A stretch of DNA of 64,000 nucleotides, taken from assembly GCF_009914755.1 (NCBI RefSeq), contig NC_060947.1; one strand, given 5' to 3'. This stretch comes from the human T2T-CHM13v2.0 reference genome, Homo sapiens. The translations under genes were made by a program, and so were the position numbers. The notes below the pieces were generated by a model, which was given only the letters and a program-made list of their open reading frames with translations, made no database searches and was not told where the DNA came from. Shown in pieces: positions 28,801-42,139 of the stretch; within the stretch, counting starts at the first letter, position 1, and the number at the start of each line of letters is the position of its first letter.

Positions 28801-31522
28801 ACATTAGAAGTACTAGAATAAAACATAGGGTAAACACTCCAAAGCATTGGTCTAGGCAAAGATTTTACATGTAAGAACTCAAACGTACAGACAACACAAT
28901 TAAAAACAGGCAAATGGGGCTACCACCTCAAGCTTGCTGCAGGCATCTTACTGAGAAGAGGCCAGACTATATTCCACATGAGGCACCTGACCTACTCAGG
29001 TGCCTCAGGCAGGCAGGGCCCCCTGGTTTGGGCTAACAGCACAGCTGCCCAACCCTGGCTGATTATTCTTCTCAGCCATAACTCTGCATTTATTTTGGGT
29101 AGAGAACCTACAGACAACTGACAGACCCTCTGTCACTGCCAAAGCTGTGGTACCCATGATTCCTATTCCTGGGCCAGTGGGGAGGACAAAAATTTTGATT
29201 TCAGCACATTGCAGTCACCCTATGGAGAAGTGGCCAGGCTGCCTTCCCTGTGAGTAGCCTCCTCCCAGCACTTCACCAGGCAGGGCTTCCCGGCTTGGGC
29301 CCACAGCACAATGGTCTCAATTCTGGTTCATCATTTCAATTTAGTAGCCCTGTATTTCTCTGGAAATACCTAATAAAAGAAATGTAGGTGCAGTACCAGT
29401 GATTGAAGGAGTCTTCTCCAAGGTTCAGGGGTAGACCTGGAGAAGGAGTCATCTTTCTTCTCCACCCCACAACACAGCATGCCTGCAAATGTGAGGAAAT
29501 AGGATGGAGCCAAGTGGCTGAGTTAGAGCCTATCTACCAAGAATTACTTTTACACACCATCTACTGGATTGCACACCAACTACAACAACAAAAATGCTTT
29601 GCTTATATACCCTCCTATGAATAAAAGAGGAATAATTCTGCCACAAAGAGCCTTCACAGAGCCTTGGTCCTCTGAAAATATCTAAAAATAAAACCAAGTG
29701 ACTATGTCCAACTTATGCTACATTTAAAGGAACACCAGCCCACCAAATGAGAAAGAATCAGCACAAGAATGCTGAAAATGAAAAAATCCAGGGTCCCCTT
29801 ACCTCCAAATTCGTCCAGTAGCTCCCCAGCAATGGCTTTTATCCAGTCAGGAATGACTGAAATGACAGACATACAATTAAGAATCTGGATAGCAAGGAAG
29901 CTAATCTGATCGAAGAGAAAGCTGAAACCCAGTCCAAGGAATCCAAGGAAACCCATAAAATTATCTAAGAGCTGATAGGCAAAATGGCCATTTTAAGAAA
30001 AAAAAAAACTGAGTTTTTAGGACAAAACAATTTTTAAAAATCTCATAATATAATCAGAATTATTAAGAATAGAAGAGTCCAAGCTGAGAAAAAAATCTCT
30101 GAGCTTGAAGACTAGTTCTTTGAATCAACAGTCAGACCAAAATAATAAAAGAATTTTATAAAATAGTGAAACATCTGAGAAATATGAGGTTATGTAAAGA
30201 GACCAAATCTATCACTCATCAACATTCCTGAGAGAGAAGCAGAAAGAATAAACAATTAAGAAAATATATTTTAGTATAACATCAATGAAAATTTATCTAA
30301 TCTCACTAGAGAAATTAAAGTGAAAATCCAAAACATAAGGAGACCCCTGGCTAGGTACTCAACAAAATGACTATCCCAACCACACATAATCATCAGATCC
30401 ATCAATATGCACAAAGAAGGAAACACATTAAAGGCAGCTAGAGAGAAAGATCAAGTCATATACAGAAAGAACCTCATAAGGCTAGCAGCAGATCTCTCAG
30501 GATAAACCTCACAAGCTAGAAGAGACTGGGGGCCTATTTTCAGCATCCTTAAAGAAAAAGAATTCTGTCCAAGAATTTCATATTTCACCAAACTAAGCTT
30601 CAAATGTGAAGAAGAAATAAAATGTTTCTCAGACATGAGAATGTTGAGGGAATTCATTTCAATTAAGCTAGACTTATAAAAGATCCTTAAAGGAGTGCTA
30701 GATGTGGAATAAAAAAATGACACCTACTAACACAAAAAACACACTTAAGGACATAGCCTACAGGTGCTACAAAGCAATCATGTAATCAAGTCTACCTAAC
30801 ATCAGCTAACATCAGAATGACAGGATCGAAGTCTCATATATCAATACTAACTCTGAATGTAAATGGGCAAAATGCCCCACTTAAAAGGTATAGAGTGACA
30901 GGCTAGATAAAAAGAAAAGACTCTACAATCTATTGTCTTCAAGAGACCAACCTCACAAGTAATGACACTCACAGCCTGAAAGTAAAAAGATGGAGGAAGA
31001 TCTCTCATGCAAAGGAAAAACCAAAAAGGAGTAATCTCTATTTATATATAACATTAAACAGAGGGATAAAAGTTAAGAGGGATAAAGAAAGGAATTACAT
31101 AATTATAAAGGCTAAAATCCAACAAGAAGCCTTAACTATCCAAAATATAAACACAAAAAATTTGGAACAACCACATTCATAAAACTAGTTTTTCTTGGCC
31201 TATGAAAAGACTTAGACAACCACAGTTTAATAAGAGGAGAATTCAGCACTCCAATGACAGCATTAAACATTTCATCGTTGTAGAAAACTAACCAAGAAAC
31301 TCCGGACTTAAACTTGACACTTGACTGATTGAACCTAATAGACATCTACAGAACACACCACCCAACAACTATGAAATATATATTCTTCTCATCTGTGCAT
31401 CTGTGCACATAACATATTCTAAGATAGTCCATACATTCCATCATTAATTATCAATAAATTGAAAAGAAATGAAATCATACCAAGTACACACTCAGTCTAC
31501 CGTGCAATAAAAACAGAAATCA

Positions 31523-31822
31523 GGCCAGGAGTGGTGGCTCATGTTGTAATCCCAGCACTTTTCAAAGCTGACGTGGGAGGATAGCTTGAGTCCAGGAATT
31601 CAAGACCAGCCTGTGAAACATGGTGAAACCCCATCCCTACAAAGAATACAAAAATTAGCTAGCTATGGTAGCACATACATGTGGTCCCAGCTACTGGGAG
31701 GCTGAGGTGAAAAGATTACTTGAGTCTAGGAGGCAGAGGTTGCAGTGAGCCAAGATTGTGCCACTGCACTTTAGCCTAAGTGACAGAGAGAGAGCCTGTC
31801 TCAAAAAAAAAAAAAAAAAAAA
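31523..31822 (+). mobile_element. AluJ (AluJb-like)
   Basis: GGAGGATAGCTTGAGTCCAGG J-type left arm, dimeric structure, A-tail. Confidence 0.92.
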
Positions 31823-32505
31823 TCAGTATCAAGAAGATAGCTCCAAACTACACAAATATATGGAAATTTAAAAACTTACCCTTGAATAACTCCTGAGTGA
31901 ACATCTAAATGAAGGAAGAAATTTAAAAATAAACTTTGAAATTAATTTAATAACGACAGAATTTACCAAAATCTCTGGGATGTAACTAAAGCAGTATTAA
32001 GAAAAAAGTTTATAACACTGAACACCTTCATCATAAAGTTAAAAAGGTCTCAAGTTAACAATATAACTTTTCAACTAAAAGAACTAGAGAAAAAGAACAA
32101 GGCAAAGCCAAATCTAGCAGAAGAAAATAAATAACTAAAATTAGTGAAGAATAGAATGAAATTGAGATGCAAAAATCCATACAAAAGATAAATAAAACCA
32201 ACAGTAGTTTCTCTGAAAAAATAAACAAGATTCATAGACCATGAGCTAAAATTAACCAGGGGAAAAAAAAGATCCAAATAAGTAAATTAGAAATGACAAA
32301 GACATCACCAAGCCCATAAAAAGACAAAAGTTTCTTAGATAATACTATGAGTAACCCTATGTACAAAAACTAGAAAATATAGAGGAAATGAACAAATTCT
32401 TGGAAACACATAATTTTCCAAGGTTGATTCAAGAAGAGATTGAAACCCTTTATAGACTAATATCAAGCTCTGAAATTGAAACAGTAATAAAAAATTTACC
32501 AACCA

Positions 32506-32579
32506 TTCTGCTCTGCCTATGGAGTAGCCATTCTTTATTCCTTTACTTTCCTAATAAACTTGCTTTTGCTTAAAAAAAA
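32506..32579 (+). mobile_element. Retroposed, polyadenylated 3' fragment of an ERV1 LTR (MER41-like R region)
   Basis: CTGCTCTGCCTATGGAGTAGCCATTCTTTATTCCTTTACTTTCCTAATAAACTTGCTTT, then an A-run. TSD AAAAAATTTACCAACCA (32489-32505) and AAAAAAATTACCACCCA (32573-32589). Confidence 0.85.
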
Positions 32580-33738
32580 TTACCACCCAAAAAAAGCCCT
32601 GGATTTGATAATCACAGCTGAATGCTACAACACATACAAAGAACTAAGCCAATTCTATTGACACTATTGCAAAAATTTGAGAAGAACAGGCTCCTACCTA
32701 ACTCATTCTATGAAGCTAGCATCACCCTAATACAAAAATCTGGCAAAGACACAGTAAAAAAGAAAATTTGAAGCCATTATTTTTAGACACAAAAATATAA
32801 CTTAGACACAAAAATTTTCAACAAAATACTAACAAATCAAATCCAGCAGCACATCAAACACTTAATACTTCATGATCAAGTAGTCTTTACTTCTGGAATA
32901 TAAGACTGGTTCAACATGAACAAATCAATAAATGTGATTCACCACATAAACAAAATTAAAAGCAAAAACTTTACAATCATCTCAATAGACTCTGAAAAAT
33001 TTTTAAGTAAAATCCAACACCCCTTCCCTAATAAAACCCCTCAATACTAGGCATAGAATGAATATACCTCAAAATGGGGTAAGAGCCATCTGACAAAACC
33101 ACAGCCAACATCATACTGCATGGGTGAAACCTGGAACCAGTAGTTGAGAACTAGAAGAAGATAAGGGTTCTTGCTCTCTCTGAATCTATTCAACATAATA
33201 CTGGAAATCCTAGCCAAAGCAACCAGGCAAGAAAAAGAAATATAAGGCATCTAAATAGGTAAAGAAGAAGCTGAACTATGATACTATATCTAGAAAACCC
33301 TCAAGACTCCACCAAAAGGCTACTAGAATTAATAAACAAATTTAGTAAGGCTTCAGGATAGAAAAATCAATGTTCAAAATCATGATCATTTCTATACACT
33401 AATAATGCACAGGCTGTGATTAAAACCAGTAACACAATCACATTTACAATTGCAACAAAGAAAATACAATACTTAGGGATATACCTAACAAAAGAAATGA
33501 AATATCTCTACAAAGAATACTACAAAACACTACTGAAAAAAATTAGAAATAATATAAATAAGCAGAAAAGCATTTCATTCTCATGAATTGGAAGAGTCAA
33601 TATATTTTAAATGACCATATTGCCCAAAGCATTTTACAGGTCCAGTATTATTCCTGTTAAAACTACTAATGTAATTCTTCACAGAATTAGAAAAATATAA
33701 TATTCTAAAATTTGTATGAAACTAAAAAGGACCCTAAA

Positions 33739-34420
33739 TGAAACTGCCTTTGCAAAAATTATATTAGTGAGAAAAATTAAGCTAAACTAACCTACCCCCA
33801 CATCTTCCCTTGTCCTTAATTATCACTGGGCTATTGGGCCAAGCTAACTTTGGAAGACATTTAGGCTACAGTTTAAATGATAATAGGTCTTGCCCCAAAC
33901 TTAATCACTTTGTAAAGTGATGGGAAGCCATCAGGCTGAGGAGAGGAGAGGAACCTGCTAAGGTGCAGACATAAATGATTGTCAGCCATTACCCTGGAGG
34001 TTATAATATATGCAATTCCCCCTATTACTCCTGTAAATAAAACAACTATTGTTGATTGGCCTTTGGAGATATCTTTCCAAGTTTTTTGCATGTCTGACAC
34101 CCATGGCTCCACCTGGACTGCCAATCCCACTCCTGTCGCCCCATCCAGAAGTACTTCAGGAGGACAGCATAAACTTCCCATGATTTCATCTCTGCCCCAA
34201 CCAATAAGCAGTAAGCACCTGTTACCTGGTCACCCCCAACCCTTCCCCTAAACTGCCTTTGAAAAGCCCGTAACCTAGGAGCCTCAAATGAGATGATTTG
34301 AACAGAAACTCTGTCTTCCACATGGCGTGGCTGGATTCATGTCTATGAAACTCTTTCTCTACTACAATGCTGTGGTCTTTCTTTATGCAGTCAGCAGGAA
34401 GAACCCCTCGGGCAGTTACA
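33739..34420 (+). mobile_element. ERV1 solo LTR (LTR8/MER4D group)
   Basis: TGAAACTGCCTTTGCAAAAATTAT start and ...GGAAGAACCCCTCGGGCAGTTACA end (TG...CA). Confidence 0.88.
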
Positions 34421-36089
34421 CAACCATCTGTTCTTTAACAAGGCTGAGAAAAATAAGCAATAGAGAAAAGACTTCATATTAAATAAACAGTGATAAGACA
34501 GCTGGCTAGCCATAGGAAGAAAATTAAAACGGTTTTCTAAATTTCACCATATAACAAAATTGAATCAATATGGAAGATTTAAAAGTAGAATCTGAAATTA
34601 TAAAAGTCCTAGAAGAAAATCTAAGCAATACCCCTCTTGATGTTGGCCTTGGCAAAGAATTTATGGGTAAATCCCCAAAAGCAGTTGCAACGAAAACAAA
34701 AAAGTGGTAAACAGAACCTAATTAAACTAAAAGGCTTCTGCACAGCAAAAGTATCAACAGAGTAAACAGGAACCTAGAGAATGAGTGAAAATATTTACAA
34801 ACTATGCATCTGACAATAGTCTAATATCCAGAATCCATAAAGAACTTAAATCAACCTGAAAATAATAACCCCATTAAAATGGGCAAAAGGCATGAACAGA
34901 CACTTTTCAAAAGAAGATGTACACATGGCCAACAAGCATATGAGAAAATGCTCAACATCACTAATCACTAGAGAAATGCATCAAAATTACAATGAGATAC
35001 CATCTCACACCAGTCAGAATGGCTATTAGTAAAATATCAGAAAATAATAGATGCTAGTGAGGTTGCAGAGAAGAAGGAATGCTTATACGCTGCTAGTGGG
35101 AATGTAAATTTGTTCAGCCATTGTGGAACGCAGTCTGCAGATTTCTCAAAGAACCTAATAGGGAGCTGCCTTTTGACCGAGCAATCCTATTACTGGGCAT
35201 ATATCCAAAATGCAACAGATCATTATACCAAAAAGACACATGCACTCATATGTTCATCAGCATGCTACTCACAATAGCAAAGACATGGAATCAACCCAGG
35301 TGATTATAAATGGTGAATTCCATAAAGAAAATGTGATACATATGCACTGTGTAATACTGCACAGCAGTAAATGTAAAATCATGTTCTTTGTGGCAACATG
35401 GTTGGAGCTGGAGGCCATAATTCTAAGGGTATCAATCCAGGAACAGAAAACCTAATACCACATGTACTCACTTACAAGTGGGAGGTAAAAATTGAGCACA
35501 CATGGATAACCTTGGGAATAATAAACACTGGGGACTACTAGAGTAGTGAGGAAAGTAGGGAGCCATGGGTTGAAAAACTACCTATTGTGTACTATACTCA
35601 CTACCTGGGTACAATATACCGGTGTAACAAGTCTACACATGTACACATAATATCTAAAAGAAAGGTTGACATTTAAAAAAATCAAACCAGTGGGACTTTA
35701 TTAAACTGAGTAGATTTTGCACAGCAAAGAAAACAATCAACAGACTGAAGTGACAATCTATAGAATGGGAGAAACTATTTGAAAACTATTTATCTGTCAA
35801 GAGAACAATATCCAGAACATACAAGAAACTCAAAAATCTCAATGGAAAAAAATGAACAAATAACCTTATCAACATGTGTTACATTCTCTAAATAGACACA
35901 TCTTAAAAGAAGATGGCTATCATACTAATAGTCAATGGATATAAGAAAAAATTGTCAACATCATTATTTATCTGGAAAATGGAAATCAAAACCACAATGA
36001 GATATTATTATCCCAGTTAGTGTCCATGTTTAAAAAGACAAAAATAACAGGTGTTGGTAATTTGCATAGAAAAGGAAACTTTAATAAAA

Positions 36090-37372
36090 AGTTTTCAATT
36101 TTTTAATTTTTGTGAGTACATAGTAGGCATATACATTTGTGAGGTACATAAGATGTTTTGATACAGGCATTCAAAGTATAATAAGCACATTATGGAGAAA
36201 GGTATTCATTTCCTCAAGCATTTATACCTTGTGTTACAAACAATTAAATTATACATTTTTAGTTATTTTAAGATGCACTATTAAGTTATTATTGACTATA
36301 GTCACCTTGCTGTGCTATCAAATAGTAGGTCTTATTTATTCTTTCTATTTTTGTGTACATCCAAACCATCCCCACCTCCCCACCACACCTCCCCCGCCGC
36401 CCCGACTACCCTTCTCAGCCTCTGGTAACCATCATTCTACTCTCTGCGTTCATGAGTTTAACTGTTTTGATTTTTAGATCCCACAAATAAGTGAGAAGAT
36501 GCAATGTTTGTCTTTCTGTGCCTGACTTATTTCACTTAGCATAATGATCTCCAGTTCCATCCATGTTATTGCAAATGACAGGATCTCATTTTTTTTTAAT
36601 GTCTGGATAGTACTCCATTGTGTTGCGTACACTTTCTTTTTCCATTTATCTGTTGATGGACGCTTAGGTTGCTTCCAAACCTTGGCTATTGTGGACAGCA
36701 CTGCAACAAACATGGGACTGCAGATATCTTTTCAATACCCTGATCTCCTTTCTTTTGGATATATACCCAGCAGTGGGATTGCTTGTCCATACGGTAGTCT
36801 ATTCTCAGTTTTTTGAGGAACCTCCGACATGTTCGCCATAGTGGTCGAAGTAATTTACATTCCCACCAACACTGTATAACGGTTCCCTTTTCTCCACATT
36901 CTTGCCAGTGTTTTTTATTGCCTATATTTTGGATATATACCATCTTCACTGGGGTGAGATAATCTCATTTTAGTTTTGGTTTGCATTTCTCTGATGATCA
37001 ATGATGTTGAGTACCTTTTCATATACCTGTTTGCCTTTTGTGTGTCTTTTTTTTTAAGAAATGCCCATTCAAATATTTTCCTCATTTTTTATTTGATTAT
37101 AAAATTTTCTTCCTATAGAGGGGCTTGAGCTCATTATATAGTCTGGTTATTAATCTCTTGTCAGGGCGGTAGTTTGCAAATATTTTCTCCCCTTCTATGA
37201 GTTGTCTCATCACTGTGTTGATTGTTTCCTTTGCTTTGCAGAAGCTTTTCAACTTAATATGATCCCATTTGTCCATGTTTGCTTTGGTTGCCTGTGCTTG
37301 TGGGGTATTTCTCAATAAATTTTTGCTCAGACCAATGTTTTGGAGATATTTCCCAGTGCTTTTTTTGTAGAA
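36090..37372 (-). mobile_element. 5'-truncated L1MA1-3-like element
   Basis: 3' UTR TTTTTGTGAGTACATAGTAGG...CCTCAAGCATTTAT; minus-strand ORF2 C-terminal fragments (36474-36713, 37097-37390). Confidence 0.88.
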
Positions 37373-38302
37373 GTAGCATTGCCTTTTCAATAAATATTAT
37401 TGGCAAAATAGGACATTCACTTGCAAAAATAAAATGGATTTTTATGTTACACCATACACAACAAGTGACTCATCATGAATTAAAATTTTAAATATGGAAC
37501 CTGAAACCATAAAACTCCTGAAATAAAACATAGAGAAAAATTTCCATTTCATTGTTTTTGGCAATGACTTTTGGATATTACACTAAAAGTGCAGGCAGCA
37601 AAAGCAAAAACTGGCGGGACTGCATCAAACTAAAAAGTTTCTGCACAGCAAAACAGTCAACAAAATAAAAAGCCAGCCCATGGAATGGAAGAAAATATTT
37701 TCAAACCATATGATTGATAAATGGTTAATATTCAAAATATGTAAGAAACTCATAACTAAATAGCCAAAAAACAAACAAATTTAAAAATGGGCAAAGAACC
37801 TGAACAGAAATTTTTTTATGGAGAAGACATAGATGACATGCATGCATATGAAAATGCACTCAACATCATTAATCATCAAGGAGATGAAAATCAAAACCAA
37901 AATGAGCTATCACCTCATACCTATTAGGATGGTTCGCATCAAAAAAGTCAAAATTTAACAATTGTTGATAAAGATATAAAGAAAAGAGAACCTTTATATA
38001 TTATAATTGGTAAAAGCATTATGGAGAACAGTATTAAGGTGTCTCAGAAAACTAAAAATAGAGGTACCATATGATACAGCATGTCCACTTCTGCATGTAT
38101 ATCCAAAGGAAATAAAATAACTATCTTCAACAGGTATGTATCTGCACTCCCACTGAATTGCAGCATTATTCAGAATAGTGAAGATATAGAAACAACCTAA
38201 GTGGCCACTGATGGATGAACAGATATAGAAAATATGAGATATATGCATACACACAAACACACATACAGACAAGGGAATATTATTCATTCTTAAAAGGAAT
38301 TA

Positions 38303-38662
<360 letters not shown>

Positions 38663-38803
38663 TTAAAAAAAGAAAAAGAAAAAGAAAAAGAAAAAAAGTA
38701 ACAACACTACACTGCATTAACTCATTTACACATAGAATCCAAAAAGTCAAAATTATAGAACCAAAGAGTAGAATGTTTGTTAGTAGGAGACAGGCATGGG
38801 GGA

Positions 38804-39242
38804 TGCTATGGTTTGAATGTATTCCCCAAAACTCATGTGTTGAGTTATTATAATGGTCAATGTAGTAATAACAAGGGTGACCTTTAGAAGGTAATTAACT
38901 CATGAGAGCAGAGTTGTCATGGGTGAGATTAGTCCCCATATAAAGGGGCTTGAGGGAGTTGGTTTATCCTCTTCTGGTTTTCTGCCATTTGAGGACACAG
39001 CATTTGTTCCCTTTTTATCCTTCGATATTCTGCCATATGAGAGCACATCATTCTTCCCATCTAGAGAATGTAGCAATAAGATACCATTTTTGAAGGGGAG
39101 GCCAGGGCCCTAATCAGACTCTGAATCTGCTGGCACCTGGAACTTGGATTTCCAAGTGTCTAGAACTGTGAAAATAAAAATGCTGTTTATATATTACCCT
39201 GTCTCAGGTATTTTGTTATAGCAGCACAAACAAACTAAGATG
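38804..39242 (+). mobile_element. MSTD/MLT1A-type solo LTR
   Basis: TGCTATGGTTTGAATGT start, CTCAGGTATTTTGTTATAGCAGCACAAACAAACTAAGA end, flanks GGGGA / AGGGA. Confidence 0.85.
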
Positions 39243-40767
39243 AGGGAATGGGGTGATGTTAGTTACAGGGTACAAACTTGAAGTTATAAGATAAAAAAGT
39301 CCTGGAGACCTAATGCATGGCCAAGTGACGATGATAGTTAATAATGTATTGTATACCTGAAAGTTGACAAAAGAGAAGATATTACGTGTTATCATCACTA
39401 AAAGACTATATGAAATGATAGATATAAATATTAGCTTTATTGTGGTAATCATTCCACAGTGTATTGTATATCAAAATAGCACTTATATGCCTTAAACATA
39501 CACAAATTTTGTCAATTTTACCTCAGTAAGGCTGAAAAGAGACTGTTGTAAATCTATGTGCATTACTTGCTGTACATATGCTTAACAATTTTACCATTAG
39601 TAATTTCTGAACAAAAGTTTACAGACAGAAGTGAAACACTCCTGTACTTGAAGGTCATCTTAAAGTTTTAAAGGCATTTGTAAGTTAATAGAGGCAATCC
39701 CATCAGAAGTATTATTTTATGCAGATTTATAAATCCACATAAAGAGGAAATACTATCCTCTACCACAGTGTTAATTTACTTTTTGATAATTCAGCATTGT
39801 TATTATGTTATTTAGAAGGGTTTTTGTATAAAGAAAAAATGCAAAAACAGTTTTGAGCTGGCTCTCTTCATTGCTCATTTTGAATAAACCCAAATACAGC
39901 CAACTGATCTTTGACGAAGCAAACAAAAACATAAAGCAGGGAAAGGACACCCTTTTTAAGAAATGGTGCTGAGATAATTGGCTAGCCACATGTAGGAGAA
40001 TGAAACTGGATTCTCATCTCTCATCTTTTACAAAAATCAACTCAAGACAGATTAAAGACTTAAATCTAAGACCTGAAACTATAAAAATTCTAGAAGATAA
40101 CATTGGAAAAACCTTTCTAGACATTGGCTCAGGCAAAGATTTCATGACCAGAAGCCCAAAGGCAAATGCAATACAAACAAAGATAAATTGCGGGAACTTA
40201 ATTAAACTAAAGAGCTTTTGCATAGTGAAAGGAACAGTCAGAAGAGTAAACACAAAACCCACAGAGTGGGAAAAAATCTTCACAATCTATACTTTTAACA
40301 AAAGACTAATATCCCGAATCTACAAAGGAACTAAAAGAAATCAACAAGAGAAAAAACGATCTCATCATGGCTAAGGACATGAATAGATAATTCTCAAAAA
40401 AAGATATAAAAATGGTCAATAAATATACAAAAATGCTCAATATCACTAATGATCAGGGAAATGCAAATTAAAATCACAATGCAATACCACCTTACTCCTA
40501 CTAGAATGGCCATAATAAAAAATAGTAGATGTTGGCATGGATGAGGTAAACAGGGAACACTTTTATACTGCTGGTGGGAATGTAAACTAGTAGAGCCACT
40601 ATGGAAAACAATGTGGAAAATCCTTAAAGAACTAAAAGTAAAACAATCATTTGATCCAGCAATTCCACTATTGGATATCTACCCAGAGGAAAATAAGTCA
40701 TTACACGAAAAATATACATATGCATGTTTATAGCAGCACCACTCCCAATTGCAAAATCATGAAACCA

Positions 40768-41059
<292 letters not shown>

Positions 41060-41084
41060 TCAATGAGTGGATAAAGAAACTGAG

Positions 41085-41200
41085 ATACACACACACACAC
41101 ACACACATATATATTCCATTGTATGTATATATATACATATACACGATGGAATACTATATATGTATATGTATATTTATATATATATATATACACACACACA
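41085..41200. repeat. Compound (CA)n/(TA)n microsatellite inside L1PB
   Basis: ACAC and TATA runs, with a local repeat of ATGGAATACTA. Confidence 0.85.
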
Positions 41201-41624
41201 ATGGAATACTACTCAGCCATAAAAAGGAATAAATTAATGACATTCACAGCAACCTGGATGAGATTGGAGACTATTATTCTAAGTGAAGCAACTCAGGAAT
41301 GGAAAACCAAGCATCATATGTTCTCATTCATAAGTGGGAACTAAGCTGAGGACACAAAGGCATAAGAATGGTACAATGAAGTTTAGGGACTCAGGGGGAA
41401 AGGGTGGGAAGGGAGTGAGGAATCAAAGACTACAAATATGGTGCAGTGTATACTGCTTGGGTAATGGGTGCACCAAAATCTCACAAATCACCACTAAAGA
41501 ACTTACTCATGCAACTAAACACTACCTGCTCCCCAATAACCTATGGAAATAAAAAAAAGAAATTGAGTTAATATCTTTAAAGCTATACCTGTTGGCAGTG
41601 TGTTGCCAGCCAATAACTTTAGGT

Positions 41625-41750
41625 TTTAGTCATTGGTCTGTCACTAGCTAGCTGTATAATTTTATTTTATTTTTTTCTGGGCCTCAGTTTTCTCTATGGT
41701 GAAATGGAAATGTCAACCAGATGAATGTTAGTTTTCTTCAGCTTAAATAT
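41625..41750. mobile_element. MIR fragment
   Basis: Core-like CTGGGCCTCAGTTTTCTCTATGGTGAAATGG and TCTGTCACTAGCTAGCTGT. Confidence 0.6.
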
Positions 41751-41879
41751 TTATGACTGTCAAAGTAAATTATTAATTTATTCTGACATTTGGAACTCCA
41801 TTTGACTAAAACTTAGTGTTATTTTGCTTATCCTTTTATCTGGAATTTTCTTTCCTCTTACGTTCTATAACCCAAGTAA

Positions 41880-42122
41880 ACTGAGAATCCATATCCATTT
41901 CTTTCTCACACTTTTCATATCAAATTAATCACTTTGTACTGTCTATTCTACAGTCTTAAAATCCTTTAAATCTATCCCAAAAATAACGCTTTATTTCAAA
42001 CTACTTTTATCAGTTTCCTGGAATATTTCATCAGTTTTTAATTGTTTCTTTTATATATACATTTTACTGCTTCCAATCTGCTCACACTGCCACCAGGAGG
42101 AACAGTCTAAAACACAAATCTT
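41880..42122 (+). mobile_element. L2 fragment (degenerate)
   Basis: CACACTGCCACCAG...CTAAAACACAAATC resembles L2 3' region. Confidence 0.5.
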
Positions 42123-42139
42123 TGTTTATTTTCAAAAAG

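Larger units (their letters stand above)
25955..28921 (+). mobile_element. L1MA-type ORF2 (resumes at 35698-36080)
   Basis: ORF 26534-26791 (NYRSIFLINID...IPGIQGWFNICKS), TTTGCTGATAATATG RT motif at ~27142. Confidence 0.85.
28922..35680 (+). mobile_element. Near full-length L1PA15/L1PREC2-like element (partial 5' UTR, ORF1, ORF2, 3' UTR)
   Basis: ORF1 remnants at ~29700-30710, ORF2 start ATGACAGGATC at ~30817, 3' UTR GGGTTGAAAAACTACCTATTG. Degenerate TSD at ~28902-28921 and ~35676-35697. Confidence 0.88.

Noticed and set aside
33873-34321. Overlapping 90-102 aa ORFs
   Set aside because: Inside the ERV1 LTR, with no gag, pol or env similarity.
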